This document shows, piece by piece, positions 7,427-13,696 of a stretch of 17,136 nt of DNA. The translations under genes and the position numbers were made by a program. Below the pieces are notes generated by a model, which saw only the letters and a program-made list of their open reading frames with translations, was not told the origin of the DNA and ran no database searches. The DNA is from Thermodesulfobacteriota bacterium. Lineage in GTDB: Bacteria > Desulfobacterota > Desulfobulbia > Desulfobulbales > SURF-16. Positions within the stretch are counted from its first letter, which is position 1, and each line of letters starts with the position of its first letter. The stretch spans positions 1 to 17,136 of the forward strand of contig JBFMAY010000058.1 in the NCBI GenBank assembly GCA_040755455.1, given 5' to 3'.

Positions 7427-10400
7427 TTACAGGCCAACGTCCTTGTTGCCCGAGGCAAACCCCCGGCAATGGGAGAGTTCGGGCGGGGCGTCCATCAGCT
7501 TCCAGCCCCGGCAATTCTTGAATCCCGCGGCATGCATCATGTTGATGAGGCAGTACAGGGTGGGGGACCACCAGTTGCTGTCGTTGTTGCCGTATTCCTT
7601 GCCCGGATAAAACTCCATTACCATCTGGCTGCCGGGATAGCCTTGGCCGAGGCCTCCCCGATAGGGGCTGTAATCATCAAGAATGGCGGTTTCAATGAAA
7701 ATTTCCTGATCGCAGACCGAGGCGAGTTTGTCCAGGGCAAGGAGCGGGTGGCGAAGATGGTAGAGTGTCCCGAAAAAGAAAACGATATCAAAGTGGCCGA
7801 AGGTTTTTTCCGACAAATCGTAGATGCTCATGTCAAAGCGTTTGCAGCGCCGGTCATCATAGCCGAGCTGTTTTTTGCAGAAATCAAAAGTGGCCCATGC
7901 CTTTCGGTCCGACTCCTGCAATTGTCCCAGGTAATCGCTGAAATCGTCAATGGCGATGACCTCCCTGGCGCCTCTCCGCAAGGCCTCGAAGGTCCAGTAC
8001 CCATCCCAGGCGCCCACGTCCAGCACCCGCTTGCCGGTTAAGTTTTCGGGAACGCGGTAGGCTGCCGGGTTGATCGGCGCCCAGCCGGGGGTGACAATGC
8101 CGTCCGGCAGCTGGATTTTGTGGTACCAGAACGGGAATTTTTTGATTTCCTTGAGAATTTCTTCTCTGTCTTGGAGCGGGGCTTCTTCTGCCGGGGCCGA
8201 CAATGGTTCCGGGGAGGTTCCCTGCGGTGCCGCCGGCGTTTGCATGAACTGCAGGATGTCGCTGATGTTGTCCAGCGCGGCGCGGTCCTCCGGGTTTGTT
8301 GCCAGCGCTTTTTTGAAGTACGCAAGCGCCTTGTCGAGTTGCCCCCCATGGAAAGAAAGAACCCCCAGGTTATTGTAGGCGGTGGCGCAATCGGGATCAA
8401 GGTTGCAGGCTTGCTCAAAAAGCTGTGCCGCCTCTTGGGCCTTGCCGGCGTTGAAGAGTTCCTCCCCCTTGCGGTTCAGGATCAGGGCCGTGCCGGTTTT
8501 TTCGTCAGTTGCTGTTGTGCTGTTCATGTTTTTGTTGGTCATCTGTTTTCTCTGTCCTTGTTGGGTTGGGAGGGTTGGGGCTTGTGTGCACCACGCCGTC
8601 CACATCCTCCGCAGGGCGGACTCCATATCGCGGGCGAAGCTTTCCGCATTGCAGAGGGAGGAGGATTGCATGAGGCTCCGGGCGTTTTGCCTGAACTGCG
8701 CGAGAACTCCCAGGTCTTGGGCCAGGGCCACCGCCTTGGCCACATATTCTTCACGGGTTTCAGCGATCAGGTGCGGAAGCCCGGCATGGGTCAGGATGCT
8801 GGCGCTTACCCGCGCACTGTGCCGGTTGCCGCGCAGGGCGATGACCGGCACCCCCATCCACAGCGCCTCGCAGGTGGTAGTGGTGCCGTTGTAGGGGAAG
8901 GGGTCCAGGGCGATGTCGATCTCGTTGTAAAGCATCAAGTGGTCTTCGGTTGAGGCCGTTCGTTCCCTGAGATCAATGTGCTCCCGCGGAATGCCGTGCC
9001 TGGCGAACATGCCGAGATAGCGATCCCTGCAGTCCGGGTCCGCGAAAATGGTGCTTTTCAGGACAAGGCGCGAATCCGGCACCTGGCCGAGGATTGCGCT
9101 CCAGGTCTCCACCACCTGTTCCGTGGTTTTGGTGATGTTGTTGAATGAGCCGAAGGTGATCCGGTGACTGGCTGCTGCCGGCAAGGCGGAAACCGGCGGC
9201 GCTGTTTCCGGCGGCGAGTAGCAGAGAAAGCAATGGGCGAGCCGGACGAGTTTCTCGGTGTAGCAGGCATCGGCTGGCCCCTCCGGGTCGGCGATGGCAT
9301 CCGTGATGCGGTAGTCAATGGTCCGCAGGCCGGTGGTATTCGGGTAGCCAAGCCAGGATACCTGCACCGGCGCCGGTTTTCTGGCAAAGACGAGCAGGCG
9401 GTTATCCGCCGTGTGTCCGGTCAGGTCAACAAGGATATCGATGCCGTCGTTATGCACTTGCCGGGCCACCGCCTCGTCGGACATCCCGGCAATGGGCCGC
9501 CAGTGAGCGGCGAGGGTTTGCAGCTCTGCCGTCATTTCGTCCGGGCTCTTCACGTCGGAGTAACAGAACGTGGTAAAGTTGCCGGCGTCATGGGCCTGCA
9601 GCAGCGGCAGAAAGAAAAAACTCACCGAGTGCAGGCAGAAATCCGGAGAAACATAGCCTATGCGTATCTTCCTGTCAGGTGCGGGAGAGTTGTGGTGGAC
9701 AAACTGGTTGGCAAGGTGGGCGGCCTGCTGTTCCCACCAGTTGAGCGCCTCGGCGTACATCATGGACTGGTCTGCGTTTGCGGCATAGTTCATGGCGAAC
9801 AGGATGTTGCCGTGCGCCACGGGGAAATGTGGCTTCAGCGCCAGCGCCTTCCGGTAATGGGATATTGCCTGGTCGAATTCGCCTATGTCCTTGAAGCCGT
9901 TGCCGAGGTTGTGGTGCACCTCGCCCAGGTCCGGTTGCAGCTCCAGGGCCTTCTGGAGATAGGGGATCGCGGCGCTGAGTTTCCCTTGGCGCTGCAGGAT
10001 ATAGCCGATGTTATTGTAAGGCTCGGGCGAATCCGGCCGCACCCGGATGGCCTTTTCATAGCAGGCCACGGCCTCTCTGGGTTTGTTCATGTCCTTGTAG
10101 GCGTTCCCCATGTTGACGTGGAGTTCGGCCAGGGAGGGGGCTGCCTCCTGGCCTTTCAGGTAGCAGTCAATCGCCTCGGCAAATCTGCCCGAATCCCGGT
10201 AGATGTTTCCCAGGTTGTTGAGGGCGGCCGCCTGGTTGGGGTTGAGTTTCAGCACCTGCTGGTAACAGGCGATGGCCTCTTCGGTGCGGTCCAGATTTTT
10301 CTGCAGGTTGCCCCAAAAAAACCAGGCGTCGATGTGGGACGGTTGCAGTTGCGTGGCATGCTGGTATGCGGCAAGGGCCTGGGCGGATTCCCCGGCGTGT

Positions 10401-10714
10401 TCGTGGATTTTGCCGAGGCTCACCCTGAAGGACGGGGCCTTGGGGTCGATGGCGATGGCCCGGCTGACATATTCCAGGGCGTTGTCGAAATTGTGATCGT
10501 GCAGGGCGATGAGGCCGAGCAGGTGGAGAGCGTCCGGGTTGCCGGGCTCCTGGGCGAGAATTGCCCGGTAAATTTTTCCGGCCTCCGCCAGCTGCCCCTG
10601 GTTGTGGAGGGCGACGGCCTGTTCCAGTTTTTGCTGGCAGGCCCGCGAGCGTTGTCTCCCCGCTGCTTTCAGGCTTAAGCCTTTTCTGGTCTTGCCTGCT
10701 TTTGCTGTGCTCAT
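7427..10714 (-). CDS. TPR / GT41 (SPINDLY/OGT-like) protein O-glycosyltransferase / TPR / class I methyltransferase fusion (1095 aa)
   Basis: N-terminal TPRs. GT41 motifs IRIGYVSPDFCLHSV, IDILVDLTGHT, KPAPVQVSWLGYPNTTG, FGSFNN and LDPFPYNGTTTTCEALWMGVPV. Two further TPRs, then GKRVLDVGAWDG and FDIVFFFGTLYHLRHP. Start set at ATG 10714 (GAGGAG at 10725-10730 on the minus strand). Confidence 0.9.
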   Translation of the reverse strand: MSTAKAGKTRKGLSLKAAGRQRSRACQQKLEQAVALHNQGQLAEAGKIYRAILAQEPGNPDALHLLGLIALHDHNFDNALEYVSRAIAIDPKAPSFRVSLGKIHEHAGESAQALAAYQHATQLQPSHIDAWFFWGNLQKNLDRTEEAIACYQQVLKLNPNQAAALNNLGNIYRDSGRFAEAIDCYLKGQEAAPSLAELHVNMGNAYKDMNKPREAVACYEKAIRVRPDSPEPYNNIGYILQRQGKLSAAIPYLQKALELQPDLGEVHHNLGNGFKDIGEFDQAISHYRKALALKPHFPVAHGNILFAMNYAANADQSMMYAEALNWWEQQAAHLANQFVHHNSPAPDRKIRIGYVSPDFCLHSVSFFFLPLLQAHDAGNFTTFCYSDVKSPDEMTAELQTLAAHWRPIAGMSDEAVARQVHNDGIDILVDLTGHTADNRLLVFARKPAPVQVSWLGYPNTTGLRTIDYRITDAIADPEGPADACYTEKLVRLAHCFLCYSPPETAPPVSALPAAASHRITFGSFNNITKTTEQVVETWSAILGQVPDSRLVLKSTIFADPDCRDRYLGMFARHGIPREHIDLRERTASTEDHLMLYNEIDIALDPFPYNGTTTTCEALWMGVPVIALRGNRHSARVSASILTHAGLPHLIAETREEYVAKAVALAQDLGVLAQFRQNARSLMQSSSLCNAESFARDMESALRRMWTAWCTQAPTLPTQQGQRKQMTNKNMNSTTATDEKTGTALILNRKGEELFNAGKAQEAAQLFEQACNLDPDCATAYNNLGVLSFHGGQLDKALAYFKKALATNPEDRAALDNISDILQFMQTPAAPQGTSPEPLSAPAEEAPLQDREEILKEIKKFPFWYHKIQLPDGIVTPGWAPINPAAYRVPENLTGKRVLDVGAWDGYWTFEALRRGAREVIAIDDFSDYLGQLQESDRKAWATFDFCKKQLGYDDRRCKRFDMSIYDLSEKTFGHFDIVFFFGTLYHLRHPLLALDKLASVCDQEIFIETAILDDYSPYRGGLGQGYPGSQMVMEFYPGKEYGNNDSNWWSPTLYCLINMMHAAGFKNCRGWKLMDAPPELSHCRGFASGNKDVGL

Positions 10715-10774
10715 GTGGGAAAATCTCCTCAGCTTATTTGAAAAAACGGTTGGCCGGCATCTCCTGGGAGTGCC

Positions 10775-10790
10775 AGCAAAAAGCATACCA
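10775..10790 (-). promoter_or_regulatory. Putative sigma54 (-24/-12) promoter for the TPR-enzyme operon
   Basis: The minus strand reads TGGTATGCTTTTTGCT, with exact GG-N10-GC spacing and close to consensus TGGCACG-N4-TTGCW. It lies about 60 nt upstream of ATG 10714. Confidence 0.75.
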
Positions 10791-10852
10791 TTTTTTCTGT
10801 GGTGAAGAAAACCCTGTTTTCGCGCGGGATGGGGGAGAGACAAAAAAAATAT

Positions 10853-10879
10853 TCAAGGAGGAGAATGGCTGGCCGATAA
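10853..10879 (+). promoter_or_regulatory. Putative sigma28 (FliA) promoter for flagellin
   Basis: TCAA (10853-10856), 15 nt, GCCGATAA (10872-10879). The -10 is the exact FliA consensus, and an A-tract lies upstream. Confidence 0.85.
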
Positions 10880-10939
10880 GTACGTTGAAGAAACATGTTT
10901 AACCCAAGACTGACTGCATAATGGAATAAATGACAGACT

Positions 10940-10951
10940 AAAGGAGGTGAT
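10940..10951 (+). promoter_or_regulatory. Orphan extended Shine-Dalgarno-like sequence in the fliC leader
   Basis: AAAGGAGGTGAT, complementary to the usual 16S rRNA 3' tail, 123 nt upstream of the fliC ATG. No ATG/GTG follows at normal spacing. Confidence 0.55.
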
Positions 10952-11018
10952 TGCTGTTTCGACTTAGGATTAACTGTGTTGTGACTTTGCACAATTTGCG
11001 TTGATTTCTTTATTAGGC

Positions 11019-11056
11019 GCGGGAAAGGATTCCCGTATTTTTAAAATCAAGGAGGA
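11019..11056 (+). promoter_or_regulatory. Putative CsrA-binding hairpin plus fliC ribosome-binding site
   Basis: GCGGGAA-AGGA-TTCCCGT hairpin (11019-11036) with GGA in the loop. A second AAGGA overlaps the SD (CAAGGAGGA, 11048-11056). Confidence 0.7.
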
Positions 11057-11062
11057 AAAATT

Positions 11063-13477
11063 ATGGCTCTTAGAATTAACACCAACGTGGCAGCATTGAG
11101 CGCCCACAAAAACATGATCAAAAACGACAATTCTCTTTCATCTTCATTGGAGAAATTGTCATCAGGACTCAGGATTAACAAGGCTGCCGATGATGCTTCC
11201 GGTATGGCGATTGCCGACTCATTGAGGTCCCAGGGCCTTGGTCTCGGCCAGGCGATTCGAAATGCCAACGACGGTATTTCCATGGTACAGACCGCGGATG
11301 GCGCCCTTGAAGAGTCAATCAATATCGTCAACACCATCAAGACCAAATCCATCCAGGCAGCCCAGGACGGTCAGACCACCGAGTCCCGAAAGGCGATTCA
11401 GGCGGACATCAACAAGCTCCTGGAAGAGTTGGATACCATCGCCAAGACCACGTCATTCAACAACCAGAAACTGCTTTCCGGTAACTTTACAGACAAGAAG
11501 TTTCAGGTTGGCGCCTATTCCGGCGAAACAGTAAATATCTCCATCGCCAGTTCCGAATCCACCAAGGTTGGCCACGTCACCACAGGGAACCTGTCACTGA
11601 CCAACCAATCAGGCGGCACGGTGCGGCTTTCCATTTACAGTAATCTGCAGAGCAAGGAGTTTAGCCTGCAGGCGGTTGATATCGAGGCAAACAACAGTGC
11701 CGAGAACGGCATGGGGGCTCTGGCTGATGCCATCAACAAGCTCTCCGACGTGCTTGGTATTTCCGCCTCCGCCGTGGTTGAGTCAAAAAGCAGTGAGGCC
11801 GTGGCCGAGGGTGCCACCGGTTCGGATTTCGCCATCAACGGCGTGTCCATCGGCGCGGTAACCGTAACGGCTAATGATGCGGATGGTGCCCTGGTTAAGG
11901 CGATCAACAATAAAACCTCGGATCATGGCGTGACGGCCAGCGTGGGCGCCGACGGCATCCTGAAGCTGACCTCCACCGACGGCCGCGCCATCAGCGTGAC
12001 CGGCGGCACCGGTGCGGTACTGGCCGGTTCGCAGATGTCCACCATGGGTTATGTGAAGTTGAACCAGGCCGGTTCCAACGAGTTGTTGGTGACCGATCTC
12101 GCCGGCGGTTCCGCCACCAGTTTCACCACCGCTATCACCACCAACGCGGCCATTACCACCACCATTGATTCAACCCTGGCCGCCGGCTCAACCCTGGCCT
12201 CCGGCGCGACCCTGCTGGCCGGTTCGACCCTGGGCGGCACCCTGACGGCGGCGATCAACAACGCCAATATCTCCACCACCCAGGATTCGCTCATCAAGGC
12301 CGGCTCCGTTCTCGGTTCAGGCGCCACCATCGAGTCGGGCACCATTCTGGGCGGCAGCGTGGCCACCAGCGGCAATGCCTACACCACCACAGGTGCTGCC
12401 CTGCTGAAGGCGGGCACCACCCTGGCAGCCAGCTCAACCCTGGCGGCAGGCACGGTGCTGACCCAGGATATGGAGGATGCCAACGGCGACATCATCGCGG
12501 CCGGGACGGTATTAAACGCCGACACCACCCTTGCTGCTTCTGCTGTCACCCTGAGCACCGACATGATCATCGCCCATGGCAGCGTGGTGGCGGCCAGCAG
12601 CACCTTGGCAGGCGGATCATATATCGGTGTTGATATCGTGACTGGCGGCGCCATGACGATAACCGAGGATGCAACCTTCAAGGCTGGATCAGTCCTGATC
12701 GACGTCGGCTCCACCATCGCCGCTGGCTCCACCATCGGCGGCACGGTCACCACTGCGGCGGCTTATACCACAACCCAGGCCATGGATGTTGTTGCCGGTT
12801 CAGCATTTGCAACGGCCAGCACCATCGCCGCCGGCTCCACTTTGGGCGGCGCCACGGTCACCAATACAGCCCTGACGGCAGCGACCAGCGTTTCCCTGTC
12901 CGCCGGCAGTATCTTGGCGACTGCCAGTACCCTGGCCCAGGGCACCGTGCTGACCAACGACATGACCGTGCTTGATGCCGGTGGTGCTGATGTAACCCTC
13001 AAGGCCGGAACCACCCTGGAGCGGGATTATGTTACCTCTGGCGCCCAGACCCTTGGCTTTGACATGACCTTGGCCAAGGATTCAGTAATCGCCGCGCAGT
13101 CCACCCTGGCAGCCAACGCGGGTGGGGCATCGGGAACAGAAATGTCCGATACCACCACCTCCCGGTTGTCTGATATCAGCGTTCTCACCCAGGAAGGTGC
13201 GCAGATTGCCATCTCGGTTGCCGACTCCGCCCTGAAGGATCTGGACAAAGTGCGGTCAGACCTCGGTTCCGTACAGAACCAGCTGACCTCGACGATCTCC
13301 AACATTTCGGTTACCAGGGTAAATATCTTTGCTGCTGAGTCGTCCATCCGCGACGTTGACTTCGCCGAGGAGTCAGCCAACTTCTCCAGAATGCAGATTC
13401 TGACCCAGGCCAGCACCTTTGCCATGGCCCAGGCCAACGCAAGCTCGCAGAACGTTCTGAGCCTGCTGCAGGGATAA
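11063..13477 (+). CDS. fliC: Flagellin, 804 aa, with large repetitive central domain
   Basis: N-terminus [12 protein letters not shown]…[16 protein letters not shown]…[16 protein letters not shown]; C-terminus [11 protein letters not shown]…[14 protein letters not shown]…QNVLSLLQ; strong RBS. Confidence 0.98.
   Translation: [804 protein letters not shown]
12134..13117 (+). repeat. Intragenic degenerate repeat region of flagellin (residues ~358-685)
   Basis: Recurrent hexapeptides ([24 protein letters not shown]) grouped into eight units of about 35-55 aa. GTVLTQDM (12449) and GTVLTNDM (12941) are 492 nt (164 aa) apart. Confidence 0.85.
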
Positions 13478-13517
13478 TGGCTGATGGCTTGACGGTAAAT
13501 AAAATATAAACCTTAAC

Positions 13518-13554
13518 AGGGGCGATGGCGATGTTGCTGTCGCCCCTTTTTTTT
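13518..13554 (+). terminator. Rho-independent terminator of fliC
   Basis: Stem AGGGGCGATGGCG / TGCTGTCGCCCCT (with G-U pairs), ending in a T8 run, 40 nt after the fliC stop. Confidence 0.9.
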
Positions 13555-13608
13555 GTGGAGCGCCAGGCATGGGCGTGATCTTGCCCTTCCCGGGAAAATA
13601 AAAAATAT

Positions 13609-13636
13609 TCAAGTTCTTCAGTTGTGATGTCGATAG
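13609..13636 (+). promoter_or_regulatory. Putative sigma28 promoter for the fliD operon
   Basis: TCAA (13609-13612), 16 nt, GTCGATAG (13629-13636). Shares AAAAATATTCAAG with the fliC promoter. Confidence 0.65.
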
Positions 13637-13696
13637 TATACTGTAGAGAAATAAAATAAGCAGAATAACGCCTTAATTGATTTTGGAGAGTGAGCA

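Noticed and set aside
9164..10678. 504-aa plus-strand ORF, and similar long ORFs at 1912-2874, 3131-3841, 7415-8041 and 8120-8953
   Set aside because: They lie antisense to well-supported genes in GC-rich DNA and have no recognisable motifs; typical shadow ORFs.
10756..10774. Imperfect inverted repeat GGCATCTCC-TG-GGAGTGCC next to the sigma54 site, as a terminator or second promoter
   Set aside because: No U-tract, and its TGGCAC has no GC at the right spacing. It straddles the predicted start site, so no function can be supported.
10715..10843. 43-codon N-terminal extension of the GT41 gene given by the ORF track
   Set aside because: It starts at a TTG without an RBS and runs across the sigma54 promoter. 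ATG 10714 has a GAGGAG RBS.
12134..13117. Resemblance of AGST repeats to ice-nucleation protein repeats
   Set aside because: It lacks the AGYGST tyrosine ladder and the 8/16-residue period of InaZ-type proteins; the period here is 6.
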